A DNA stretch of 33,788 nucleotides from an uncultured Chloroflexia bacterium (GTDB lineage Bacteria; Chloroflexota; UBA6077; JACCZL01), in contig CAVXYC010000008.1 in assembly GCA_963765765.1 (NCBI GenBank), positions 1 to 33,788 of the forward strand, read 5' to 3'. Position 1 is the first letter of the stretch. Each line of letters opens with the position of its first letter. Below the pieces are notes generated by a model. It was not told the origin of the DNA and did not search any database. It was given only the letters and a program-made list of their open reading frames with translations. Shown one piece after another: positions 19,520 through 30,280 of this stretch. The position numbers were made by a program, and so were the translations under genes.

Positions 19520-20872
19520 CTACGACTGACCAACCAGCTTTCGTCTCTCCTCAGCATCCGCGCCGCCTTCGACGCCGCGCTGGTTGAGGATCGGGCTGTA
19601 TTTGCTAGCCATACCTTGACGCTGGAAGCCCATCTGACCCATGCCCGTGCCGCCAACGTCGGCTGCGTTGCGCTCCTTAGCGAGATGCGCCGGGAACTCA
19701 GTCACCATGCCGTGGTAGACGTTCTCCTCAGGGTTTCGCCAGGTATTCATCGGGTCCTTGCCTTCCTCGACGAGCTTGATATTCTCCTCGAGCATCTGGC
19801 GGAACTGGATGATGCCGACGTCGGAATGGCCTAAATGCTCCGACTCGCGATCGGAGATTTCACCCTGTGTGATCCACGCGGCAACGTCCTGAGCGGAGTT
19901 GCTGTCAAGAATCTCCCAGCGCGGCTGACCCTCCTCGTTGAGCTCGATGACCGGCGGCGAGAAGAACGGGATGTCTTCGAAGCGCTGCTCCGGTTCATTC
20001 GCGTCCTTGTCGTGCGTCATGAACCACCAGTGGGCGGTGTGCGTGTCATCGATCGGCACGCGAATCTGCACTGCCGGCCCGGTCATCACCCACTTGGAGC
20101 GATCGAACCCGTCGCCGCCCTGGCGCAGGAAGTACGGGAAGATGATCGGGTGACCCTCAGACCAGGACGTGTCGGCCTCGGACCCGCCCTTCATGACGCG
20201 GCGCTTGTAAATGCCGTAGTCGAACCTGGTGAACCCAATCTTTTCATGGCGCCGGATCTTTCGATCGGACCCGGGCTCGCCACGCATCTCGAGGATGAAG
20301 TTCGACCAGTATCCGTGCAGCCACTCCAGATGCACTGGATCCAGCGAGTTCTCCTGGGCCTGCAGCCAGTTGCACGGGAGCACGGACATGCCGATATCGC
20401 GAACAACATTGTCGATCGCCAGGAAGTCCCAATTGGGGATCAGTGGTGCGGGCTGTGGCCCCATGTACGTGAAGATGAGCCCAGCCTTCACCTCAACCGG
20501 ATATGCCTTGACCTTGACTCGGTCCTTGTAGCCGGAGTCGGGATCGACGGTCTCTTCGTAGGGCTGCTCGATGCACTGGCCGGTTTCGTCCATAACCCAG
20601 CCGTGATACGGGCATCGAAGTCCGGATTCCTCGGGGATCCCGTAAATCATGCCCATGCGGCGGTGCGGGCAGAGCGGATCGATGAGGCCGAACGTCCCGG
20701 AACGATCCTTGTACAGAACTAGATCCTCGCCAAGGAGGCGGATCTTCATCGTGTACTTGTCATTCATCTGCGACACGGCGGCCACAGGATGCCAGTAGCG
20801 GCGCATAAGCTCGCCGCATGGAGTTCCTGGGCCAACCTTTGAAACTCGCTCATTTTGTTCGACGCTGAGCAT
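19520..20872 (-). CDS. Rieske non-heme iron oxygenase subunit (phthalate 4,5-dioxygenase/LigXa-like), paralog 1
   Basis: VGPGTPCGELMRRYW, CPH...CPYH Rieske motif, ENSLDPVHLEWLH and QD iron ligands. Start set at ATG 20872 after GGAGG, matching the paralog. Confidence 0.93.
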   Translation of the reverse strand: MLSVEQNERVSKVGPGTPCGELMRRYWHPVAAVSQMNDKYTMKIRLLGEDLVLYKDRSGTFGLIDPLCPHRRMGMIYGIPEESGLRCPYHGWVMDETGQCIEQPYEETVDPDSGYKDRVKVKAYPVEVKAGLIFTYMGPQPAPLIPNWDFLAIDNVVRDIGMSVLPCNWLQAQENSLDPVHLEWLHGYWSNFILEMRGEPGSDRKIRRHEKIGFTRFDYGIYKRRVMKGGSEADTSWSEGHPIIFPYFLRQGGDGFDRSKWVMTGPAVQIRVPIDDTHTAHWWFMTHDKDANEPEQRFEDIPFFSPPVIELNEEGQPRWEILDSNSAQDVAAWITQGEISDRESEHLGHSDVGIIQFRQMLEENIKLVEEGKDPMNTWRNPEENVYHGMVTEFPAHLAKERNAADVGGTGMGQMGFQRQGMASKYSPILNQRGVEGGADAEERRKLVGQS

Positions 20873-20956
20873 CGAGCCCTCCCACACCAGGGTGCCGCGG
20901 TTACCCGCGATCATCTCCAATTGTGCCATTCGCACACGATAATGTCGAGGGGCAGC

Positions 20957-22478
20957 GGGTGCGCCTCAAACTTGTGACAGGGTGGCTGGACGGGAGCGGA
21001 GTGATGGGTGATGGGAGGTGTCGTGGCTGAGCGGTAATGCGCGACACTCCGGAGAGATGGGAATGGCCTTCCGGGAAGCGCCCACGCTCGGAAGGGCGCT
21101 GAAAGGACCGCCGACGATGGACAGGTCAGCCTTCCCGCTATTGTTGCACCATCGATACCTTCGTGCGCGACCTCATTGCTTGGGCCACCCAGCATCGCGA
21201 TGCCGATCTCGCTATGATCGAAACGGTGGTGCGCGACATCTGCGCGCGCTGGCACCGCAGCTCGTCGGCGGGATGATCAGCGTCACCCGACGCGACCTGA
21301 TCCGGCCAGCAACGCGATCGGCCCGGTGCGCGGAGTGCGGCGCGCTTGGGCGCGTGCGCGGCTGGCGGCGACGGCAGTTGCAGACCACCTGTGGACCGAT
21401 CCAGTGGGAGCGGCCTGGGCTCAGTGCTGGGCCTGCCCGGCAGTGCTGGAGTCCGACCGATCGCACGCTCGGCGTGCCGCCGCAGCAACGCAGCAGCACC
21501 AGCCTCCAGGCATGGCTGGTGTCCTGGGCACGCTGCTGCCCTTCGCCACGGCCGGTGCGCAGCTCGCCACGTTGACCGGCGTGCGGGTGAGTGCCGAGAC
21601 GCTGCGCCGCCTCACCGAAGCCGCCGGCCAGGCGCTCGACGCCCAGCTCCAGGAGGACGCCGCCACGGTGGACCGGACCAAGGGCCGCGTCGGCCCAGTC
21701 GATCCGGCTCCGGACCAGCTGGTGGCGGAGACCGATGGCGTGCTGGTGCGCTATCGAGACGGGTGGCATGAGGTGAAACTGGCGGTGGTGGGCGGGTGGA
21801 ACGCGGACCTGCCGCGCGAGCAGCAGCGCCTGCGTGCGCCGAGCTACGTAGCGGCGCGCGCCGGACGGGATGCATGGGGTCGGCGCTGGGGCGCGGAGGT
21901 GGCGCGCCGCGGCGGGTTGGAGGAAGTCAGCTACGCGGGCAGTGGCGTGAGCCCGGGCATCGCCACGCTGCGGCGGGTGCTGGTGCTGGGGGACGGGGCG
22001 CGCTGGATCTGGACCGCCGCGGCGGAGCACTTCGGGGAGCGGATGAGATCGTTGACTGGTACCACGCCAGTGAGCACCTCTGGACGGTGGCGCGGGCGGT
22101 CTACGGCGAGGGGACGACGGCGGCGACGGCCTGGGCGGAGGCGAGTCTCACGGTGCTGTACGAGCAGGGCGCCGCGCGGTTCCTGGAGCGCCTGCACGAT
22201 CTGACGCCCGCGACGGAGGCGGCCCGGGCGACGGTGGCCACCGAGCGCGGGTACTTCCAGACCAATCGGGCACGGATGGCCTACCCGGCGTTTCGGCCAC
22301 CGGCTATCCGATCGGCTCGGGCGCGGTGGAATCGAGCGCGAAGCATGTCATCCAGCAGCGGATGAAGCGTGCCGGCTGCCGCTGGTCCGAGCGCGGCGGG
22401 CAGGCGCTGGCCGTCTTGTGTGCCCACCATGCCACCGCCACCGCCACATAACCAAATACTCAAGTTTGGGTGAACCGC
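20957..22478 (+). mobile_element. Degenerate ISKra4-like insertion sequence
   Basis: Left end GGGTGCGCCTCAAACTTGTG and right end CTCAAGTTTGGGTGAACCGC form an imperfect IR around a transposase homologous to 7386-8737. Confidence 0.75.
21117..22451 (+). pseudogene. ISKra4-like transposase with several frameshifts
   Basis: CAECG, ETDGVLVRYRDGWHEVK, GDGARWIW, DWYHASEH and ...ESSAK...RMK motifs spread over multiple frames. Confidence 0.82.
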
Positions 22479-22486
22479 GTGGCAGC

Positions 22487-22517
22487 AACAGGCCGTGGCT
22501 TCGTGCCACGGCCTGTT
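22487..22517 (-). terminator. Hairpin downstream of Rieske paralog 2
   Basis: AACAGGCCGTGGC-TTCGT-GCCACGGCCTGTT, perfect 13-bp stem. Confidence 0.7.
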
Positions 22518-22538
22518 AGAGGTAATCGAGAACTGAAG

Positions 22539-23864
22539 CTAGACGGTGCTAGCCTCCGCTTCCTGGAGCTTGATCTCAATGGATTCCATAGGTTTCACGC
22601 TGCCGCGCCGATCCAGGATCGGGCTGTACTTGGTCGCGGCGCCCTGGCGTGCCAGCGTATCCGCGTATCGCGGCCCGTGACTCGTCTCGGTGCGCATCCA
22701 CAGATACTGGTTCTTCTCCGGATCGCGGAAGGTGTTCATCGGGTCCTTGCCTTCTTCGACGAGCTTGATGTTCTCCTCGAGCATCTGGCGGAACTGGATG
22801 ATGCCAATGTCGGAGTGACCGAGGTGCTCACCGGAGCGATCCGAGATCCTACCCTGGGTGATCCAGGCCGCGGGGTCCTGCGCAGAGTTGCTGTCCAATA
22901 GCTCCCAACGCGGTTGGTCATTCTCGTCGAGCTGCGGTACAGGAACCGAATAGAACGGAATGTCTTCCGGTCGCTGGACCTCCTCACCTTCTACCATTGG
23001 GTAGCTGGCCACGTACCAGTGCGCCGTGTTGTAGTCATCGATCGGAGTGCGGATCTGGAACGCCGGGCCCATTAGGCCGAAGGCATCCGGGGCGCCATCA
23101 CCTGAGCCGCCCTGACGGAGCATGTTGGGGAAGACGATGGGATGTCCGTCTTTCCAGGCGGTGTCCTCCTTGCTTCCGCCCTCAACGACGCGGCGCTTGT
23201 ACATGCCGTACTCAAAAGCGTCGAAGCCGATCTCCGTATGCTTCTTGGCACGGAGCGGAGGACGATCCTCGCCCAGCATTTCAACGATAAAGTTGGTCCA
23301 GACTGAGTGCAGCCACTCAAGATGGACAGGATCCAGCGAGTTCTCCTGGCACTGGAGCCAGTTGCAATCAAGATGGGCGTAGCCAATGTCACGTACGACG
23401 CCATCCTTCGTGAAGACGTCCCAGCGGGGCAGAAGCGGAGCCGGCGAAGGCCCCATGTAGGTGAAAAGCAGTCCCGCCATCTCCTGGATCGGGTAGGCCT
23501 TGACCTTGATCTTGTCCTTGTAGCCGGCGTCAAGATCTACGGTCTCTTCATATGGCTGCTCGATGCACTGGCCGGTCTCGTCCATGATCCAGCCGTGGTA
23601 AGGACAACGCAGGCCAGACTCTTCTGGAATGCCGTAGATCATTCCCATGCGCCGATGCGGGCACAGCGGATCGATGAGGCCGTATGTACCAGAGCGATCT
23701 TTGTAAAGGACGAGGTCCTCGCCCAAGATGCGGATCTTCATCGTGTATTTGTCGTTCATCTGCGAAGCAGCGGCCACCGGATGCCAGTAACGGCGCATAA
23801 GCTCGCCGCACGGCGTTCCAGGACCTACTCGCGCGAGACGATCATTCTGCTCAACACTCAGCAT
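22539..23864 (-). CDS. Rieske non-heme iron oxygenase subunit, paralog 2
   Basis: Same Rieske and mononuclear iron motifs as paralog 1. AAGGAG RBS. Confidence 0.94.
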   Translation of the reverse strand: MLSVEQNDRLARVGPGTPCGELMRRYWHPVAAASQMNDKYTMKIRILGEDLVLYKDRSGTYGLIDPLCPHRRMGMIYGIPEESGLRCPYHGWIMDETGQCIEQPYEETVDLDAGYKDKIKVKAYPIQEMAGLLFTYMGPSPAPLLPRWDVFTKDGVVRDIGYAHLDCNWLQCQENSLDPVHLEWLHSVWTNFIVEMLGEDRPPLRAKKHTEIGFDAFEYGMYKRRVVEGGSKEDTAWKDGHPIVFPNMLRQGGSGDGAPDAFGLMGPAFQIRTPIDDYNTAHWYVASYPMVEGEEVQRPEDIPFYSVPVPQLDENDQPRWELLDSNSAQDPAAWITQGRISDRSGEHLGHSDIGIIQFRQMLEENIKLVEEGKDPMNTFRDPEKNQYLWMRTETSHGPRYADTLARQGAATKYSPILDRRGSVKPMESIEIKLQEAEASTV

Positions 23865-23887
23865 GTCTGGCTCCTTACGTTGTCTAA

Positions 23888-23916
23888 TAGATAACGATCG
23901 CGGGAGGCATTGTCAA
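23888..23916 (-). promoter_or_regulatory. Putative sigma70 promoter of Rieske paralog 2
   Basis: TTGACA-17 nt-TATCTA on the minus strand. Confidence 0.45.
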
Positions 23917-23969
23917 CTCTGCAGCCGCAAGTGGACATAAGAGTCCACGCCCCGGCAAGCGCCAGTCCC

Positions 23970-26900
23970 TTAGGTCCTCTGTGTTCCTTCGGACAGGCTG
24001 ATGGCCTCCTTCATGACCTCGGAGCTCCGCAGGCTATCGCGCAACCTCTCGTCGGTGATCTTGCTCACGGTTCCCTGGAGTAGGCCCAGAGCTTTCTCCG
24101 CCTCCTGTTGTGATGCGTCAGCCTGGCCAAGGTCGGCGAACACTCGCGACAGGCCGAGATGGAGCCGCCAGCGCGCAGGCTGGGCGTGCCAGGCTGTCGC
24201 TTGCTCTAGCCCTGCGCTGAGAACCTGGACGCCCTCGTCCGATCGTCCCAGTCGCGACAGCGCTAGCCCTGCAACGTAAGCGATGTCCAGCCCCCACACT
24301 TCCATGCCCCGGGCGTTGCTCATCACGTGATTCGCCAGGTCATACGCTTGTTGAAACTGGCCGCGTTGGAGTGCCAAACGGGCCATCTCGATGCTCGCGG
24401 CGAACGTGCCCATGTCGAATCCCGACCCGAGCTCGAGTGCCCGCCCAAGGAATGATGATCCTTCCTCCCGCTCCGAGGACTGGCAGAGCGTTCCACCGAG
24501 CTCGGAATAGCCCAGGGCAATCCAGATCGTTGCCTGTAGTGATGTCGCGACGCGGACAAGCTCGCGATGGTGAATAACTGCGTCGTCGAGCAGCTCGCAT
24601 GCCCGGTAAACACGCCCGAGCTGCCAGTGTCCCATGCACTGCCACTCGAGGTGCGAGATCCGCTGCGCTATCGCGAGTCCTTCACGACCATGGTCCAGGG
24701 CTAGCTGGAACTCGCCAAACGGCTCGGCAGCCTCGGCAATGCAGCTATGGGCGAACGAAATCCCGCTGACGGAACCCATCTCCGTCCAGGTGCTCAGGGC
24801 GTACTGCACCCATTCCAGGCCGGGCAGCATAATCGCCCATAATTGACACGCTGATTCCATGCAGGGCCGCGCACGACGCCTCAGTCCAGCGATCGCCGGT
24901 CGCGCGTAGACGAACCATGGCCTCGTGGCTGTATTCCACGGCCGCATGCGTGTGGCCGAAGACAAAGCTGGCCATGCCAAGAAGATCGAGCGTCTGGGCT
25001 TCGCCATCGTCGTCATTGAGTGAGCGGAAGATCGCGAGTGCCGCTTCGAGCTGGTCGCGGGTGCTGGCTTCACGATTCAGGTTCAGCAAAACGGTGGCAA
25101 CTCGCACGTGAGCCTGAGCCAGCTCGCGCGGAGTGTTGGCGCGGCTGGCGATCTGAACGGCCGTTTGGGCCAGTCGCAAGCCCTCTTCATAGTCACGGTG
25201 TCCCGACCAAAGCATGGCCAGAGATCCCACGATCTGTGCTTCCGCAACTGCGTCGTTCAGCTCCGCGGCGAGCGCTCGTGCGGCCTCGAGATCTGTCTGC
25301 GCCGCCTCGAAATCCCCGAGGTCCTTTGTCACCTCAGCGCGTTGTCGCAGCACCCGCATGCGCAGCTCCGCGGGGCGAGTCACCCGCTCCAGAAGATCGA
25401 TGGCCGCGCTGAGATGAGTAAGCGCCTCGCGATTGGCGAATGCCGAGCGAGCGACTTCGGCAGCCGCCAGAGTGTGCTCGAGCGCTTGATCCCATTCCTC
25501 AGCTCGTTCGTAATGAAAAGCCAGGATCGGCCGAAGTGTCTCCAGTCGGTCAACATACAACTCCGTGAGCGCCTCTGCCACAAGATTGTGCAGCTCTCGG
25601 CGGCGACGCAGTAGCAACGTGCTGTAGGTGGCCTCCTGAACAAGGATGTGCTTGAAGCCGTACTCACGCTCTGGGATAGTGGCCAGCTCGCGAACCAGGT
25701 CGGCACGCTGTGCCTGGACCAGGTGTTCGTCAAGCGCGGCATCCTCTGCTATGCGGCTCAATACGCGATGGCCGAATTGACGACCAATGACCGATGCCGT
25801 TTGAAGTGCCACGCGCGCTTCCCCCAGCCGATCCAGGCGGGCGATTATCAGGCCCTGGAGTGTGTCGGGAATCTCCAGATGCTTGAGATCCACGGCTCCG
25901 TCTTCCCCGGACGAGCCGACCACTCCGCGTTCCTGGAGGGTGCGAATCAACTCTTCGAGCCATAGAGGTGTACCCGCTGCTCGGTCCAGCAGTGAGTGGA
26001 CAGAATCCGGAAGCTGGGTGGCGCCGAGAAGTCCCGAGGCTAGCTCCCTGGCAGCGTCACTCGTCAGCGGCTGCAGGTTGATCTCGGTGTATCGATGCGG
26101 CAGGTAACGCGCCGCGTGCTCACGTAGCTGCCAGATAGGCGCATCGCGCTCCGGCCGAAACATAAGACACAACATTATTGGCACTCGTTCGGTGACGATA
26201 AGCAAGTCGGTAAGAAGCTGCACCGAGCTTGGATCCGCCCAGTGGAGATCATCAATCTCTACCACTGCGGGACGATTGCCCATCGCCTCCTCCAGCAGCC
26301 TCTGGACGACTGCCAGGCCCACCTGGGCAGCCTCGGCTGCGCTGATCTCGGCGTCGGTGGGCTCCGTTGCCGCGCTGGCGAGGCCTAGCACTCGCGCGAC
26401 CAACGGTCGTTTGTCCCCGAATCCCAGGGCGTCACTCCTGCTCAGTATCTCCTCGTCCGGATTCGCCTGAGGCACTTCCATTTGAGCGCACAGCTGCGCC
26501 AGAACAGAGCGGGTTACGGAATGACTCGAAGTATCCAGATGAGCCAGAGCGGCGGCTCGCCACCATGTGAGGTCGCCCGAGGCTGCCCGCGCTTCGGAGA
26601 CCAGTCGGGACTTGCCGAGCCCGGGGTCGCCGATGATGGCCAGGACCTGGCCACGCCCACGACGCAAATCGGTCAATCGATTCAGGAACGTCTCCATCTC
26701 GTCCGTTCGTCCCACGAAAGGACTGGAGTGGCCAAGCTCGGAGCTCACGGGGGCGGAGTCATTCTGAACTATCCACCCAGGTATAGGCTCGGCTTTGCCC
26801 TTCAAAAACAGCGGCTCAACTGGCGTGAGCGACATCGTCCGTCGAACGTGTCGCTTTGCGTTGGGCCCGATTATCACCGTGCCTGGCTCCGTGGCACTCT

Positions 26901-27543
26901 GCAGGCGGGCGGCAACGTTTACGGCGTCGCCGATGGCCGTGTATTCGCGGACGCCATTGACGTCCCGCAGTCCCGTTACCACCTCGCCGGACTCGATGCC
27001 GATTCGCAGCGCCAGGCGAAAGCCTCGGCGCGGCTCGATCTCGGCATTGAAGCGCTCCAGCGCGCGCTGCATGGCCAGTGCCGCGCGGGTGGCGCGCAAT
27101 GGATCGTCCTCGTGCGCCATGGGAGCCCCAAACAGGACCATGACCGCGTCGCCGATGAATTTGTCGACAACTCCGCCCAGCGAGGTTGACTCAGTCACCA
27201 ATCGTCGAAAGCACTCGGTCGTCAAATCCCGAACATCTTCGGCATCCAGCCGTTCGGAGAGCGACGTGAATCCGACGATGTCGGCAAAGAGAATGGTGAC
27301 CGGACGCCGTTCTTCGGAAAGGAGATAGTTCCCGTCGGGCTCGATCTCCTGACGAGCAGGTGATCGGATTGCAGAGTCGGAAGGGGTGGTTGACGTGAGT
27401 GAGGCGCCGCACTCGCCGCAGAATCGGTCTCCCGGGTCGTTGACGGTACCGCACCGCTGACAGACTTGAGACAACGACGCGCCACATGCGCGACAGAACT
27501 TGCGCGTGGCAGCATTCTCAGATCCACAAGCTGGGCAATTCAT
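23970..27543 (-). CDS. Double zinc ribbon + class III adenylate/guanylate cyclase + AAA ATPase + TPR protein, frameshift near 24820
   Basis: Four CxxC pairs; FADIVGFT, DKFIGDAVM and GDAVNVAARL cyclase motifs; GDPGLGKS and IDDLHWAD ATPase motifs; helical repeats continuing in a second frame. Confidence 0.9.
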
Positions 27544-27702
27544 GTGCGTCACTCAGCATGCCAGTGTAGCAGGCATCTCCTTGTCTTTAGCCCAACTGAC
27601 TCACGTTAGTTCCATGATTTTTGACTGGCCATTCCGAATTGGCATGGAAGCTGCGCGTTCCGCGTTATTCATCCGCGATAGGAGCCATCAGGAGGAATGG
27701 AT

Positions 27703-29014
27703 ATGATGACCCCCGTTCCGTATTCACGGCCCCCTCGTGCGCGGCTTTCTCTGCGAGTAGCCCCTTGGCGAGCGATTGTTACAGTTGCAATTGCGCTCGT
27801 GCTTGCCTTGGGGGCCGTGCCTCGGCCAGCCAGTGCAGCTCCGTCGTCTCAGGCCGTCATGAGTCCTTCCGGCTTGCGCGATACGCTGAACTTCCTGGGT
27901 CAGGAGCACGTCTACCTGACCAGTGCCGCGCTGGAGCATCTGCTCCACGGCGATACCGTGGCCTACGACGCATCGCTGACGCGGCTGCGTGACAACTCCG
28001 GTCGACTCAGTGAAATCATCGGGTCGATCTACGGTTCGGATGCGGAGTCGACATTCCGTCAGCTCTGGCAGGCTCACTACGACGGCTTCCTGGACTACGC
28101 TCTGGGGGCTTCCAAGAAGGATGAATCCATAAGGGTTGCGGCGAAGGCCGCTCTGGACGCTAATCGCAACGATATCGGCGCCTTCTTCGCATCGCAAAAT
28201 CCGTATCTCAGGTCCGCTGATGTGTCGGCAACTCTCAGAGAGAACGTCAACGAGATGACCGGCGCGATCGATGCGATGGCTGACCAGAATTGGGGCCAGG
28301 CGTTCTCGCTTACTCATCTGGCCGCTCATCAGTCTGCCGAGATCGTCGACCCTATTGCCGACGCCATTGCCCAGCAGTTCCCTGAGAACATGGATGGTGG
28401 TGTGACGGGACCCGCGTCCGAGATGAGCGCAGCGTTCACGCGTCTCATGCAGGAGCATGTGTTCCTCGCTTCGAGGACGACAACTGCTCTTGCGCTCGAC
28501 AATATGCCGAAGGCGATGGCGAGCATTTCCTCGGCCGAGTCCAACACTCGTGAGCTCGGTGCGCTCATCGGCAAGACGTACAGCGAAGAGGTCGGCCAGC
28601 AGTTCGTTTCGCTCTGGAATCAGCACCTGAACGCCTACGCCGACTACACTCGCGCTGAGCTCAATGGCGATACGGACTCGATGGAATCGGCCCGGCAATT
28701 CCTGGGCGGCTGGGTGACTAATACGAGCAATCTGCTCACCTCAGCGAATCCATTCTTTAGTCATTCATCCGTTGCTGGTCTGCTGAGCGACCACGTGGCG
28801 ATGACCTTGAGCGGCATCGATGCCCAAGTTGCTCGCGATTGGCCGGCCGCGTACGCAGGTCTTCAGATGGGCTCGCACCAATCGATTGATCTGGCCAACG
28901 TGATAGACCGGCGGAATCGTCGACGCTTTCGGCGAGCAGTCTGGCGCGCAGATTCTGCCTCCCGCGACTTCCCCGCAGGCGCAGCCCGCACCCGTCCAGC
29001 TTCCGCGACGGTAA
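27703..29014 (+). CDS. Secreted protein with two tandem His-containing helical repeats, probable frameshift near 28905
   Basis: Signal peptide ending PASA. Two repeats of about 170 aa (QEHV...LWxxH...DY...NP). Removing one base gives a C-terminus ...TGGIVDAFGEQ...PAPVQLPRR* that fits the repeat. The uncorrected ORF ends at 29031. Confidence 0.72.
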
Positions 29015-29030
29015 TCTCCAGTACTCGCTA

Positions 29031-29070
29031 ATGCAAAAGGATCAGCCCACTCGGGGTGATCCTTTTGCAT
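29031..29070. terminator. Bidirectional terminator-like hairpin
   Basis: ATGCAAAAGGATCA...TGATCCTTTTGCAT between convergent genes. Confidence 0.75.
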
Positions 29071-29098
29071 CCCCTGGACCGCCGCAGTCCAAGGGCGG

Positions 29099-30259
29099 CT
29101 AGTACGATCTCGGCATACCCAGTACGTGTTGACCGATGTAGGCCAGCACGAGGTTGTTGCTGATTGGCGCCACGATAAACAGGCGGGCCTCGCGGAATTT
29201 GCGCTCGATGTCGTATTCGTGCGCCAGGCCGTAGCCGCCATGGGCCGTCATGCAGGCGTTGGCGGCTTCCCAGGCAGCTTCCGAGGCGAGCAGCTTGGCC
29301 ATATTGGCGTCGGCGCCGCACTTCTTGCCGCTATCAAAAAGCTCAGCAGCACGGAAACGTACCAGGTCTGCAGCCTCGACGTGTGCATAGGCCAGTGAAA
29401 TCGGAAACTGCACGCCCTGGTTCGCTCCAATGGGGCGCCCGAAGACCTCGCGCTTGGACACGTATTGAGATGATCGATCGATGAACCATCGACCATCGCC
29501 TACCGACTCGCCGGCGATGAGAATGCGCTCCGCATTCCAACCATCAATGATGTAGCGAAAGCCCATGCCCTCTTCGCCGATGAGGTTCTCCGCCGGGACT
29601 TCCAGATCAGTGATAAAGAGCTCATTGGTCTCGTGATTGATCATCATGTCCAGCGGACGAACCTCAATCGCATTGCCGGCCTCGCGGAGGTCCACTACAA
29701 ACACGGAAAGGCCTCGGGTTTTGTCCGTGAGTTCATCGTACGGCGTGGTTCGCGCCAGCAGGAGCATCAGATCGGAATGTTGTACCCGCGAGATAAAGAC
29801 TTTCTGACCGTTGATCAGGTATGTATCGCCGTGACGCACCGCCGTCGTCTGGATCCTTGTGGACTCAGATCCGGCGTTCGGTTCCGTCACGCCAAACGCT
29901 TGCATGCGGACTTCCCCTGCCGCGATGCCTGGTAGCCAGCGTTGCTTTTGTTCGGTAGAACCGTGCTTGAGTAGCGCGCCCATAATGTACATTTGCGCGT
30001 GACAGGCCGCGGAGTTGCCACCGGCCCGATTGATCGTCTCCAGGATGATCGACGCCTCGGTGATACCTAGCCCAGCTCCACCGTATTCCTCAGGGATGAG
30101 CGCTGCGAGCCAGCCCGCTTCGGTCAGTGACCGAACGAACGCATCCGGATAAGCCTGGTTCTTGTCCACTTCGCGCCAGTAGGCGTCCGGGTAATCGCGG
30201 CAGATTTCACGAACGGCGCCGCGAATGGCCTCCTGTTCAGCACTGAGCTCAATGGGCAT
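29099..30259 (-). CDS. Acyl-CoA dehydrogenase family protein
   Basis: IPEEYGGAG, FGVTEPNAGS, NGQKVFIS, REVFGRPIG and HGGYG motifs. Confidence 0.95.
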   Translation of the reverse strand: MPIELSAEQEAIRGAVREICRDYPDAYWREVDKNQAYPDAFVRSLTEAGWLAALIPEEYGGAGLGITEASIILETINRAGGNSAACHAQMYIMGALLKHGSTEQKQRWLPGIAAGEVRMQAFGVTEPNAGSESTRIQTTAVRHGDTYLINGQKVFISRVQHSDLMLLLARTTPYDELTDKTRGLSVFVVDLREAGNAIEVRPLDMMINHETNELFITDLEVPAENLIGEEGMGFRYIIDGWNAERILIAGESVGDGRWFIDRSSQYVSKREVFGRPIGANQGVQFPISLAYAHVEAADLVRFRAAELFDSGKKCGADANMAKLLASEAAWEAANACMTAHGGYGLAHEYDIERKFREARLFIVAPISNNLVLAYIGQHVLGMPRSY

Positions 30260-30280
30260 GGCGGAAGCCTCCGATGCTAT

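Noticed and set aside
19835-20722. Long antisense ORFs (also 27724-28698, 6963-8048, 3355-4062)
   Set aside because: These are shadows of real genes in GC-rich DNA and carry no motifs.
7261-22478. Composite transposon carrying the pterin cluster
   Set aside because: The flanking elements are diverged, have different IRs and share no target duplication. The interior looks like ordinary chromosome.
27703-29014. Copper amine oxidase call
   Set aside because: There is no TPQ consensus (N-Y-D/E) and no beta-rich catalytic domain. The protein looks all-helical.
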